64,000 nucleotides of DNA, taken from IMG/VR virus record IMGVR_UViG_3300046559_000446, positions 74,255-138,254 of that record; one strand, given 5' to 3'. Source of the DNA: a virus. Positions 23,869 to 33,408 of this stretch are shown here, piece by piece. Made by a program: the position numbers and the translations under genes. Within the stretch, counting starts at the first letter, position 1. Each line of letters starts with the position of its first letter. Under the pieces are notes generated by a model that saw only the letters and a list, made by a program, of their open reading frames with translations, searched no databases and had not been told where the DNA came from.

Positions 23869-26403
23869 ATGCCATTGGTGCCGGGCTTGCCCCTGAACAT
23901 CCGCCAGACCAATGGCGGCGCCCCGCCGGCCATTTCTCCGGGCGTCTCCATCCAGCATGACGTTCACGAGCCTCCCGGCGTCCCCGAAATGGACGACGCC
24001 GGCGCTGTCATCAAGATCGAGCATGCCGACGGCAGCGTCACTGTCTCGCTTGATGGCAAATCGCTGGTCGATAAGCCAGAGCAGAACACAGGCTGGTTCG
24101 CCAACCTGGCCGAAAAGCTTCCGGAAGACGATCTGAGCGGCATTGCCGACGATTTGCTGCGCGGGATCGACGAGGATCTGACCAGCCGCAACGACTGGAT
24201 CGAAGAGCGCGCCCAGGGCATCAAGCTGCTCGGCCTCAAGATCGAGATCCCCAATTTGCAGTCGGCGGCGGACGGCGCCCCGGTGGACGGCATGTCAAAA
24301 GTGCGGCATCCGCTGCTGCAGGAGGCGGTGCTCCGCTTTCAAGCCAACTGCCGCTCCGAAATGCTGCCCACCGACGGGCCGATCAAGATCCGCGATGACG
24401 GCAGCAACTCCAATCTCCCTCGTGACGCACTGGCGACCGCCCTTGAAAAAGACCTCAATCATTATCTCACTGTCACTGCGACCGAATACTATCCCGACAC
24501 CGACAAGATGTTCCTTCTGCTGGGCTTTGGCGGCACGGCATTCAAGAAAGTGTACAACTGCCCGCTGCGTAATCGGCCAGTTTCTGAATCGGTTGACGCC
24601 AACGACCTCATCGTCAACGACGCCGCCACCGACCTCGCCAACGCCAAGCGTGTTACCCATCGATCTATGATGCGGCCCTCGACGGTCAGGCGCATGCAGA
24701 TAATCGGCGCCTATCGCGACATCGACCTCGATACGCCCAAGCCGCAGACGCTCGACGCTGCGCAGGAGGCGGCTAAAAACCAGCAAGGGATCCAGACCAA
24801 CACCACGAGGCCCGACGACCGTGACCGCGAGATCTACGAGTGCTATTGCGAACTCGATCTCAAAGGCTACGAGCACAAGTACAAAGGCAAGATTTCGGGC
24901 CTTGAGATCCCGTACCGGGTCACCATCGACCTCTCCAGCCGCAAAATCCTCTCGGTCGTCAGAAACTACGATGAGGACACGAAGGAGCTTCCTGAAGCTA
25001 GAGAGACATTCGTCAAATATACCTACGTACCGGGCCTCGGCTTCTACGATATCGGACTCCTTCATATATTGGGCAATACCACCAACGCTGTTACTGCTGC
25101 TTGGCGCGAGTTGCTGGACGCTGGAATGTTTAACAACTTTCCCGGCTTTCTCATGGCTGATACGGGAGCCAGACAGAACACGAATATCTTCCGCGTACCG
25201 CCGGGCGGCGGCGTCCTCGTCAAGACGGGCGGTCTTCCCATCAATCAGGCGATTATGCCACTTCCTTACCAGCCGCCGTCTCAAGCTCTGATGGCCCTGG
25301 TCGATAACATGGTGCAGACCGGCCAGCGCAGCGGCGGCACCGCCGAACTGCCGGCCAACGAAGGCAAGGCCGAAATCCCCGTCGGCACCATCCTGGCGAT
25401 GATCGAGCAGGCCCAGAAGGTGCTGAACAACGTCCACAAGCGCATGCACTCGGCGCAATCGCAGGAATTTCGCCTGCTGATACGCTGCTTCAAGGAGAAC
25501 CCCAAGGCGTTCTGGCAGCGCAACAAGAAGCCGTCCGCGCCGTGGGACGAGCAGAACTTCCGCGCCGCGCTCGATCAGGCCGACCTGACCCCGCAGGCCG
25601 ATCCGAATACGTCGAGCCATGGCCAGCGCGTGATGAAGATCATGGCGCTCAAGCAGTTGCAGCAGCAAAACCCCAGTCTCTACGACCCCATCGCCATCGA
25701 TACGGCGGCGCTGCAGGCGCTGGGCTGGAACAATCCGCAGCAATTCATGGCGCCGCCGAGCGCCCAGGCCGCGCCTCCCCCGCAACTCATCCAGCAGCAG
25801 GCTGAGACGGCGGCGAAGACCCTCACCTCGCAGGCGGCGATGGTCACCGCCCAGGCGCGGGCCAAGGAGGCCGGCGCCCGCGCCATGAACCTGATGGCGG
25901 AAGCCCAGACCATGGGCATGGACGAAACCGGCCAGATCCAGCAGGACACGCCGGTCGATCAGCACCGCGCCGAATCGGAGCGCATCAAGGCCAACGCGCA
26001 TGCGCAGCAGGCCGACACTCACCAATCCGTCATGCAGGCCAAGTCCCAGGCCGACCTGCTGAACGCCCAGACGCGGGCCAAGGAAATCCAATTGAAGCTG
26101 GGCGAACTGTCGATGAAGGATTCGCACCACGACGACGAGCAGCGCCTCAAGGCGAGGCAGAGCGCCGTCGATATGGCCAAGCAGGTCATGGACACCCGTG
26201 CCGAAGACCAGCGCACCGCCGCCGAGATCCATCACGATCACACCATACTGAGCCGCGAGCAGGAGCACGATCACGCGATCACCGAAAAGACCCACGCGCA
26301 TGAGAAGGAATTGGAGGGCGTGAAGAAAGCGGCGGCTATCGCGGTCGCTAAAGCCAAACCGAAACCCAAGCCTGCAGCCGCCAAGCCAAAGGCCAAGAAA
26401 TGA
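23869..26403 (+). CDS. Portal protein
   Basis: WFANLAE...SRNDW...GIKLLGLK...HPLLQEAVLRFQA...GP.K motifs of a podoviral portal family; long coiled-coil C-terminus; follows terL. Confidence 0.88.
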   Translation: MPLVPGLPLNIRQTNGGAPPAISPGVSIQHDVHEPPGVPEMDDAGAVIKIEHADGSVTVSLDGKSLVDKPEQNTGWFANLAEKLPEDDLSGIADDLLRGIDEDLTSRNDWIEERAQGIKLLGLKIEIPNLQSAADGAPVDGMSKVRHPLLQEAVLRFQANCRSEMLPTDGPIKIRDDGSNSNLPRDALATALEKDLNHYLTVTATEYYPDTDKMFLLLGFGGTAFKKVYNCPLRNRPVSESVDANDLIVNDAATDLANAKRVTHRSMMRPSTVRRMQIIGAYRDIDLDTPKPQTLDAAQEAAKNQQGIQTNTTRPDDRDREIYECYCELDLKGYEHKYKGKISGLEIPYRVTIDLSSRKILSVVRNYDEDTKELPEARETFVKYTYVPGLGFYDIGLLHILGNTTNAVTAAWRELLDAGMFNNFPGFLMADTGARQNTNIFRVPPGGGVLVKTGGLPINQAIMPLPYQPPSQALMALVDNMVQTGQRSGGTAELPANEGKAEIPVGTILAMIEQAQKVLNNVHKRMHSAQSQEFRLLIRCFKENPKAFWQRNKKPSAPWDEQNFRAALDQADLTPQADPNTSSHGQRVMKIMALKQLQQQNPSLYDPIAIDTAALQALGWNNPQQFMAPPSAQAAPPPQLIQQQAETAAKTLTSQAAMVTAQARAKEAGARAMNLMAEAQTMGMDETGQIQQDTPVDQHRAESERIKANAHAQQADTHQSVMQAKSQADLLNAQTRAKEIQLKLGELSMKDSHHDDEQRLKARQSAVDMAKQVMDTRAEDQRTAAEIHHDHTILSREQEHDHAITEKTHAHEKELEGVKKAAAIAVAKAKPKPKPAAAKPKAKK

Positions 26404-28616
26404 ACGAGCGCGCGAAAGCCCTTGGCTTCGATCCGTCGCAGACGTGGTTTCACGGCTCAACTAAGGATCTGCCGGCTTTCGCCGCCAAGCGCGCTCCGCG
26501 CAGCGAGCAAATGGGCCTGGAAGGCGTTCACCTTGCGCAAAATCCGGATTTTGCCTCCCATTACGCCGAAGGGCCTGGCGGCAACGTCACGCCAGTTCAT
26601 GTGCGCGGCAATATTCTCGACGCCACCCAGCTTATCCCCGAAGGCGGCGAGCATCACGCCATTCTCGATAAGCTGCTGAAGGGAACAGGCCGCAAGCCAT
26701 ACTGGAACTCTGATGAGCAGGGGCGTCGATTCGCCCCGCCGCTTCAGGGTCATATCGACGCCGTCAGCCCGCAAAAGGCCAAGCGCGTCATCCAGGAACA
26801 CGGCTACGACGGCGTCAAATACGATGCTCGATACGGATCATTGCAGCCTGGAGGCCGCAGCGCGAGCATTTCAAACAAAAGCCCCGCAGTGGTGATGTTC
26901 GACCCATCGAATATCCGGGCCAGGACTGCACAATTCGACCCCCAGCAAGCAGGGAGCGCGGAACTAATGGCATCGAGAGGCGGTAAGGCGATCCACTCTG
27001 CGCTCCTGACGGCCAAGAGCCTTTATGACAAGCTGCCGCATGTCGTCGGCGGCGGGGCGCCGATGGCCAAGGGCGGCGCTGCGCTGGCGCCGATTCCCCA
27101 GATCATCATGCCGGGCGATCACCCGGCCCGCATCGACACCCGGCTGGCGACCGGGGCCAAGCCGCTCGATCTGGGGCCAGGGCCGCGCACCGTCAACATG
27201 GCTGCGTTGCGGGCGACGCCGGCGCTGTTCGACAAGAACGTCGATATCCTGCGGCACTACCCGAATGTTTCGAAAAGGGCGGCGAAGCTGTCGAACCCGG
27301 ATATGGCCGAGCATTTCATCAATCACGTCAAGGACAACCTGCTGTGGCTGCACGATCAGGTGCCCAACGAAACCCGGCAGCGGTCCAAATTGTGGTACGA
27401 CGGCGCCAACAAGCTGGCCAAGGAGTGGGCGCAAAAATACGGCGTCTCGGAGGCGTCCGCCGCCGGCGCGCTGGCCGCGCTGTCGCCGCAGAAGGACTGG
27501 TTTCAGAACGTGTCGCTGGCCGAGCGCGTCCTGCATGCGATGAAGGGGCGCGGCAATAACGCATATCATGGTGAAACCTTTTCGCCTGAAATGGAGGGCA
27601 CCTATCGCGGCCTGGACAAGCTGGCCACCGAGAAGAACGAGCCAATCTTCCAGGCGATCAGGGGCAAGTCGCTGGGCGACATCGACGACATGAAGCACAT
27701 TCCCGGCGACGAGCGCGCGGTCATGAAGGCGCTGTGGATCCGGATGCACGATCAGACCCACGGCGATCCCGGCTACAAGATCGCCACGCCGGAAGGTCAT
27801 TTTGGCGAGGTCGCCCGGAACGCCGACGGATCGCCATCGAGGGCGGGCTGGGGTTCGCTGGGCGAAATCGGCAAGGCGGTGCAGGCCATCGAGAGCAATG
27901 GCGATCCGACCTTCATGAACCGCCTGATGGGCGAGCGCCACAAGGTTCGCAATTTCTACAATAACATCCTCGATCCCAACTCCCAGCACGGCGACGTCAC
28001 CATCGACACCCATGCGGTCGCCGCCGGCCTGCTGCGCGCGCTGTCGGGCAATTCGCTTGAGGTGGCGCACAATTTCAGCAACTACGCCGGCAAGGGCGTT
28101 CCCGGCGCCGGCGGCTCCAACGCCACCGGCGTGAACGGAACCTATCCGCTCTACGCCGACGCCTATCGCCAAGCCGCCAAAGAGCGCGGTATACTGCCGC
28201 GCGAAATGCAATCGATTACGTGGGAGGCGATCAGAGGATTGTTCCCCGACACCTTCAAAACTGATAAAAACAACGCCCATATCGACAGCATCTGGAACGA
28301 CTACAAGAACGGAAAGAAGGGAATCGACGATGTCCGCAAAGAAATCCACGACTTCGCGGGGGGCATCCGGCCACCGGAGTGGCACGACACCTCTGGAACG
28401 CCTGATGCACCGGTTCGGGGTGCCAGTGGACCGGGACTCGTACCTGGCCCTGGATCACGCGGGCCAGCCCCCCAAGGAATTATCGGCGGAACAGGAAATG
28501 GACCTCCCGGAGCACCTGCGCCGCAAGCACCCCGGCAGTCGGGGCTGATCCTGCCGCCAGGTTATGCCTGCGGCGGCATGATCGACAAAGCATTGGCCGC
28601 GACACGGCCCCGGTAA
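26400..28616 (+). CDS. Multidomain protein: ADP-ribosyltransferase-like (ART-PolyVal type) N-domain plus DUF7178/HhH-glycosylase-like domain
   Basis: N-domain: WFHGS...GVHLAQNPDFASHYA...GYDGV...VVMFDPSNIR. C-domain: ALSPQKDWFQN...KVRNFYNNI...VTIDTHAV...YADAY..AA..G..PREMQSITW. Confidence 0.7.
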   Translation: MNERAKALGFDPSQTWFHGSTKDLPAFAAKRAPRSEQMGLEGVHLAQNPDFASHYAEGPGGNVTPVHVRGNILDATQLIPEGGEHHAILDKLLKGTGRKPYWNSDEQGRRFAPPLQGHIDAVSPQKAKRVIQEHGYDGVKYDARYGSLQPGGRSASISNKSPAVVMFDPSNIRARTAQFDPQQAGSAELMASRGGKAIHSALLTAKSLYDKLPHVVGGGAPMAKGGAALAPIPQIIMPGDHPARIDTRLATGAKPLDLGPGPRTVNMAALRATPALFDKNVDILRHYPNVSKRAAKLSNPDMAEHFINHVKDNLLWLHDQVPNETRQRSKLWYDGANKLAKEWAQKYGVSEASAAGALAALSPQKDWFQNVSLAERVLHAMKGRGNNAYHGETFSPEMEGTYRGLDKLATEKNEPIFQAIRGKSLGDIDDMKHIPGDERAVMKALWIRMHDQTHGDPGYKIATPEGHFGEVARNADGSPSRAGWGSLGEIGKAVQAIESNGDPTFMNRLMGERHKVRNFYNNILDPNSQHGDVTIDTHAVAAGLLRALSGNSLEVAHNFSNYAGKGVPGAGGSNATGVNGTYPLYADAYRQAAKERGILPREMQSITWEAIRGLFPDTFKTDKNNAHIDSIWNDYKNGKKGIDDVRKEIHDFAGGIRPPEWHDTSGTPDAPVRGASGPGLVPGPGSRGPAPQGIIGGTGNGPPGAPAPQAPRQSGLILPPGYACGGMIDKALAATRPR

Positions 28617-28642
28617 CCTGATACGGTGATTTAGCTAGAAGG

Positions 28643-28906
28643 ATGACGCCGATGTGTTTCTCGCTCGCCTGGCTTGAGAATTTGCTCATTTGGGTTGTCA
28701 TCGTCGGCGCCCTGATCGCCATCCTCCAGCTTTTCGTGCCTTGGGTGCTGGCCCAAGTCGGGGATCTGGGCGGCGCCGTCGGCGTCATCCTGCAAATCGT
28801 CAAAATTATCGTCTGGGCGGTGATCGTGATCTTCGTGATCTATGTTGTGTTCGATCTGATTCAGTGCCTGATTGGCTCCGGTGGCTTGAAGCTACCCAAG
28901 TCATAA
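28643..28906 (+). CDS. Two-TM membrane protein (holin-like or moron)
   Basis: Two long hydrophobic segments in 87 aa. Confidence 0.7.
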   Translation: MTPMCFSLAWLENLLIWVVIVGALIAILQLFVPWVLAQVGDLGGAVGVILQIVKIIVWAVIVIFVIYVVFDLIQCLIGSGGLKLPKS

Positions 28907-28948
28907 CCCCACGGCTCCGGTAAGCCGTAAACCGAGAGGACCATATCG

Positions 28949-30229
28949 ATGTCCGAACAAGCCAAAACATACCGCGCCGCGATGCGGGCTAAGGCCGAGC
29001 GTTTGGGGACGGCCACGTCCGCAGGCAAAGTCGATTGCAGCGATTTCGGCCCTGTCGAGCAGGATCCAATTCACGCCGATAAGCAGGAGGGCCTGCGACC
29101 CGTCTCCAGGCGAGCGTATAAGAGCGGCGGCGCCGTCATGGGCGCGGCGGCTTTCAAGCATGGCGGGCGCGTTGCGCGCAAGGGCGGGGGCGCGGCCAAC
29201 GCCAGTTCCATGTTCGGCAACGCCATCTACAATAGCGACGTCAAGGAAGCCAACGAGAAGCGCGACGGCTACGTCAAGCGTGAAGGCGGCATGAAGAAAG
29301 GCGGCAGGACCGGCAGATTTGGCGGCGGCGGCAATGGCCCGATTGGCGGCCAGACTGCTGTCAACAATCAGGCGGCTGCGAACGCCATGCAGGCCATCGA
29401 CGCCAACAATAGAGTCGGCGGCAACGTGCCGACCAACGCCTTGGGCGTTTCGGCGGGCAGTGGCAGCGGCCATATGTTCGGCATGGCGAAGGGCGGTCAC
29501 CCGCACAAGGCCGAAGACGAGAAATGCGCCAAGAAGCTGGTCGCACACCACAAGGCCGACGGCGGACCGATCCCGTCGCCGGCGGACGCCGGTCCGCCTC
29601 CCGGCCCGCCCGAAGCTTCACCTTCCGGAACGGACCAGGATTCGGGCAAGCTGGATGCGCTGATCAGCGCGCTGGAGCACCAGCATAAAAAGTCGAAGAA
29701 GCACAAGGCGCCGCCGATGCCGCCTCCGGGTGCTGATGATGAGGCCGGCCCGCCCCCCGATGAGCAGGCCGGCCCGCCTCCAGGCCTCGGCGCCAAGCGC
29801 GGCGGCAAGGCCCGCAAGGAAGGCGGCGGCGTCTACGCCCCCAACATCAAGCTCGGCCCGCGCGACGGTTACGCCAAGGGCGGCAAGACCAAGGGCAGGA
29901 CGAACATCAATATTGTCATTGGGCAACCTGGCGGCGCCTCTCCTCCCGATGCTGGCGGACCTCCTCCCCTGGCCGGGCCGCCGCCGGGGCCGGGGGCGGT
30001 TCCTGTGCCGCCTCCCGCGCCCCCGCCCCCGCCGATGGCTGGACCTCCAGGCATGCAGGGACCGCCGGGCGCGCCCCCGCCGATGCCGATGCCGCCTCCG
30101 GGCGGGCCGATGGGCCGCAAGCATGGCGGTCGAGCCTATCCGATTGACGATGGATCGGGCGGCGGCAAAGGCCGTCTGCAGAAGATCAGGTCTTATGGCC
30201 TGGTTCCAGCCAAAGGAGGTGGGAAGTGA
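28949..30229 (+). CDS. Gly/Pro/Lys-rich low-complexity putative internal head protein with many xxxGG motifs
   Basis: GAGG RBS; YKSGG, FKHGG, MKKGG, MAKGG, KADGG, AKRGG, RKEGG, YAKGG, RKHGG; poly-Pro tracts. Confidence 0.7.
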   Translation: MSEQAKTYRAAMRAKAERLGTATSAGKVDCSDFGPVEQDPIHADKQEGLRPVSRRAYKSGGAVMGAAAFKHGGRVARKGGGAANASSMFGNAIYNSDVKEANEKRDGYVKREGGMKKGGRTGRFGGGGNGPIGGQTAVNNQAAANAMQAIDANNRVGGNVPTNALGVSAGSGSGHMFGMAKGGHPHKAEDEKCAKKLVAHHKADGGPIPSPADAGPPPGPPEASPSGTDQDSGKLDALISALEHQHKKSKKHKAPPMPPPGADDEAGPPPDEQAGPPPGLGAKRGGKARKEGGGVYAPNIKLGPRDGYAKGGKTKGRTNINIVIGQPGGASPPDAGGPPPLAGPPPGPGAVPVPPPAPPPPPMAGPPGMQGPPGAPPPMPMPPPGGPMGRKHGGRAYPIDDGSGGGKGRLQKIRSYGLVPAKGGGK

Positions 30230-30495
30230 GCTTCGAAAAGTCTGTTGTCGATCACGCGCTTGTTGTCGCTTTGGGGATCCTCCTCCTGCTGTTCGCTTTT
30301 GCCGGCTTTGTCATTTCGGCTCGTGCTCAGTCTATCGAGATTGGGCCAGGCGGCGTTGCGGTAAGTCCTGGCCGCGAGCGCGGCTGGGGCGGGCAGTGCG
30401 AGGAACTGCGGCGCGCTTGCGAATACAAGGAAGAGCGCGGCGAGGAAGGTTACGGCAACTGCCGTCGCTATCGCCGCTTCTGCCAAGGCAGGTAA
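30226..30495 (+). CDS. Small secreted/membrane-anchored four-Cys protein
   Basis: Hydrophobic leader ending ARA, then CEELRRACEYKEERGEEGYGNCRRYRRFC. Confidence 0.65.
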   Translation: MSFEKSVVDHALVVALGILLLLFAFAGFVISARAQSIEIGPGGVAVSPGRERGWGGQCEELRRACEYKEERGEEGYGNCRRYRRFCQGR

Positions 30496-30513
30496 TCAAA
30501 TAGGAGAAAGTTG

Positions 30514-31203
30514 ATGGTGCTTCGTCATGTTGTAATTCGTGGAGTGGCCGAGATCGGTGACGTGGCCGGCTCGGTCGATCCCGGCTTTGGGCGCCCTGGC
30601 TTTGGCGGTCATCCCGATCAGGGCCTTCCCGGCTACGGCCATCCCGATCAGGATTTGCCTGGCTACGGACATCCCGATCAGGGTTTGCCTGGTCACGGTC
30701 ATCCCGATCACGATCTTCCCGGCAGGCGCCCGCGTCCCGATCAGGGCCTGCCCGGCTACGGTCATCCGGATCAAGGATTGCCTGGCTACGGTCATCCCGA
30801 CAACAGCCTGCCCGGCTTGCCGGTTTATCCCTCACAGGGTCCAATTCTTCCGGCCCCTCCCGGCCATCCTATTCCCGTGCCGCGCATTCCCGTGGTGCAA
30901 GCCATCGCGCTGCCTGAAGGCGAAACGCTGCCGACTGGCGCGCCCCATCGCCCCGGCAGGATTTGCGTGGTGGTTGACGGCGAAACCAAGGCGGTTGGCT
31001 GGCTGCAGGGTTCGGATGATCTTCCGGTCGCAGAGCCGAAAGGCGATGCGCCTGTGCCTGGCGGTCATTGGGTCGCGGTCGAAGCCTTCCCGCAGGCGCG
31101 ACCGAAAAAGTGCCCCGATGGCGGCGAAGGCGTCGGCAAGACTGGTTTTGCCTGGGTGTTTGAGGTGAAGGCCGACTGGGGAACCCAGCCGACGCCGGTC
31201 TGA
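30514..31203 (+). CDS. Protein with tandem PGYGHPDQGL decapeptide repeats
   Basis: GGAG RBS; seven repeats, then a Pro-rich linker and a small C-terminal domain. Confidence 0.7.
   Translation: MVLRHVVIRGVAEIGDVAGSVDPGFGRPGFGGHPDQGLPGYGHPDQDLPGYGHPDQGLPGHGHPDHDLPGRRPRPDQGLPGYGHPDQGLPGYGHPDNSLPGLPVYPSQGPILPAPPGHPIPVPRIPVVQAIALPEGETLPTGAPHRPGRICVVVDGETKAVGWLQGSDDLPVAEPKGDAPVPGGHWVAVEAFPQARPKKCPDGGEGVGKTGFAWVFEVKADWGTQPTPV
30607..30816 (+). repeat. About 30-bp coding tandem repeat (7 units)
   Basis: ggtcatcccgatcagggc.t.cc.ggctac units with synonymous variation. Confidence 0.9.
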
Positions 31204-31210
31204 AAACACA

Positions 31211-31247
31211 GAGGGCCGCTTCCAGTACATCCGTGGAAGCGGCCCTC
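31211..31247. terminator. Perfect 14-bp hairpin (terminator or processing site)
   Basis: gagggccgcttcca-N9-tggaagcggccctc; a T tract is present only on the minus strand. Confidence 0.5.
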
Positions 31248-31308
31248 ATACCCTCGGTCGTCACCTTGAGCTTGTCTTACATCAGGAACAAATCAGGTTC
31301 AAGCCCTA

Positions 31309-31521
31309 ATGCAGACTTTCAAAAGCGTTTTTGCCGAAGAACTGAAGAAGCTCCTGCGCGAGCAGATCGAAGCTCAAAAGAACGACCTCGCATACGGCGC
31401 CAGCATGACGACCTTCGAAGCCTATCGCGAGGCGGTTGGCGTCATACGCGGCCTCAACAACGCCATCGACACCGTCGATGAGGCCGAGCAGAAGGCCAAC
31501 GACCGCGAGCGCGGCCTCTAA
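31309..31521 (+). CDS. Small helical protein preceding GroES
   Basis: LAYG...FEAYREAVGVIRGL pattern typical of this head module. Confidence 0.7.
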   Translation: MQTFKSVFAEELKKLLREQIEAQKNDLAYGASMTTFEAYREAVGVIRGLNNAIDTVDEAEQKANDRERGL

Positions 31522-31578
31522 ATCCTATTGTCAGCGCACTGACAGTGTGCGAGTAATTGCGTGTCACAGGAGACGCGC

Positions 31579-31965
31579 ATGGCCTTTGCCGAAATGCAAC
31601 ATGAACTGGAACCTCGCCTGAAGCTTCTGGATGAGCTTGGTGATCTGTCAGGGGTCGAACTTTTCCACAATCAGTTGCTGGTCGCGGTCTACATCAGGCC
31701 CGAAAAGACCAAGAGCGGCCTGTTCCTGGCCCAGCAGACCCTCAACGAGGATCGTTTCCAGTCCAAACTGGGCCTCGTCGTCAAGAAAGGCCCCCAGGCT
31801 TTCATCAGCGGCGGCGAATGGCAGTTCCCTGACATCGAACTGCATGACTGGATCCTGTTTCGCCCCTCGGATGGCTGGAACATCACCGTCAGCGGCGTTC
31901 TGTGCCGCATCCTGACCGATACGGCTGTCAAGGGGCGCATCAGCAGCCCCGATCTCATTTGGTGA
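31579..31965 (+). CDS. groES: GroES-like co-chaperonin
   Basis: NQLLV...PEKTKSGLFL...GLVVKKGP...DWILF...CRIL.D; GGAG RBS before ATG 31579. Confidence 0.85.
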   Translation: MAFAEMQHELEPRLKLLDELGDLSGVELFHNQLLVAVYIRPEKTKSGLFLAQQTLNEDRFQSKLGLVVKKGPQAFISGGEWQFPDIELHDWILFRPSDGWNITVSGVLCRILTDTAVKGRISSPDLIW

Positions 31966-31970
31966 GCGAC

Positions 31971-32816
31971 ATGGCGAAAGATCCGAATAGCATCCCGGCC
32001 TTCGATCCGAACACCGATTGGGAGCATGGCGGCAAGGAAGAGCGCGATCCGCTGGTCGAACTGCGGGCGCAACTCGACCGCGAGCGCGCCGCGCGCATCG
32101 AGGCGGAACGCCGCGCCAACGAATACGCGACCACCGCACACGGCGCGCAGGTCGAAGTGGCCGACAACGAGCTTAAACTGGTGATCAGCGCCATCGAGCG
32201 GGTCAAGGAGCACACCAACGCCCTGAAGGCCGCTTACGCTGAAGCGATGCGCAATGGCGATTTTGACAACGCCGCTGAATTTCAGTCGCAGCTTGGCGAC
32301 AATTCGGCCCGCCTGCTGCAGCTTGAAAACGGCAAGGCGTCAATGGAGGCGCAGCCGGCGCCGGCGCCGCCGCAGCCGATCAAGACGATCATCGATCCCG
32401 TCGAGGAATTGGCGAGCCAGTTGACGGCGAAATCCGCCGCCTGGGTCCGCGCGCATCCGGAATGCGCCCGCGACAAGAAGCTTTACGCCAAGATGGTCGC
32501 CGCCCACAACATCACGGTCGCTCGCGACATCGATCCCGACACGGACGATTATTTTCGCTCGGTCGAGGCGCTCGTCTACGACAGGCCCGCAGGCCAAGAT
32601 TTGGACACCGGCGCCGACGATCCGCAGGCCATGTCCGCCAAGGCGGCGCCGCAGCGTGAATCGGCCCCGCCGGCTGCGCCTGTCAGCCGTGGGTCGAGCG
32701 GCAGGAGCGCCGTGCTGACGCCGCTTGAGCGCGAATACGCCGAGATCTCTGGCATGTCCGAGCAGGAATACGCCAAGGCCAAAGAGGAAATGCGCAAAGC
32801 TGGGCGCATGCATTGA
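31971..32816 (+). CDS. Capsid scaffolding protein
   Basis: Coiled coil; C-terminal LTPLEREYAEISGMSEQEYAK helix-turn-helix; position before the capsid genes. Confidence 0.75.
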   Translation: MAKDPNSIPAFDPNTDWEHGGKEERDPLVELRAQLDRERAARIEAERRANEYATTAHGAQVEVADNELKLVISAIERVKEHTNALKAAYAEAMRNGDFDNAAEFQSQLGDNSARLLQLENGKASMEAQPAPAPPQPIKTIIDPVEELASQLTAKSAAWVRAHPECARDKKLYAKMVAAHNITVARDIDPDTDDYFRSVEALVYDRPAGQDLDTGADDPQAMSAKAAPQRESAPPAAPVSRGSSGRSAVLTPLEREYAEISGMSEQEYAKAKEEMRKAGRMH

Positions 32817-32826
32817 GGAAAAGATA

Positions 32827-33408
32827 ATGGTCAACCGTCCGCCTCCGCAGCGTTTCACCACCCAAGAGCCGAGAGTTGAAGAGGCCATGCAGGCGCCTTC
32901 TTTCATTGAGCGCCCGCCGCTTCGCCAGCCGGTCGAAACCTCGATGGACCGCGCCGCCCGGCGCACCTTGGAATTGCGCGGCCACTTCACTAACGGCGTT
33001 CTCGACGAGGGCGCCGATGAATTTTACATCAACCCCGCGATCATTCCGGAAGGGTGGTCATACGAGTGGAAGCTGTTCTCGATCCTCAACGAAGAGCAGT
33101 CGTCCTATCAGGTCACTCTGGCCCGCACGGGCTGGGAGCCGGTGCCGTCGGATCGACATCCCGAATTGATGCCTCGCGGCACTAAGGAAAAGACTGTAAT
33201 GCGGCGCGGCATGCAGCTTATGGAGCGCCCGCTCGAAATCACGCTGGAGGCCAAGCAGCTTGAGCGCGACAAGGCCCGCCGCCAGGTTCGCATCAAGGAA
33301 GAGCAGCTTACTGCGGCGCCTCCGGGCCAGTTTGGGCGCGACAACAAGGGTGAACCCTTGACCCGTCTCGGCAAGACTTACGAGGCCATGCCGGTGCCAA
33401 ATAATTGA
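32827..33408 (+). CDS. Conserved head-module protein
   Basis: IPEGWSYEW...GWEPV...GMQLMERP motif; GAGG RBS. Confidence 0.7.
   Translation: MVNRPPPQRFTTQEPRVEEAMQAPSFIERPPLRQPVETSMDRAARRTLELRGHFTNGVLDEGADEFYINPAIIPEGWSYEWKLFSILNEEQSSYQVTLARTGWEPVPSDRHPELMPRGTKEKTVMRRGMQLMERPLEITLEAKQLERDKARRQVRIKEEQLTAAPPGQFGRDNKGEPLTRLGKTYEAMPVPNN

Noticed and set aside
24295-26460. 721-aa minus-strand ORF (also 26964-28385, 45254-46552, 53765-55411, 57700-58989 and similar)
   Set aside because: These are antisense shadows of GC3-biased real genes, with no RBS, recognisable motifs or operon context.
30607-30816. CRISPR array
   Set aside because: The units are contiguous, in-frame coding repeats with synonymous variation and no unique spacers. 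No cas genes are present.
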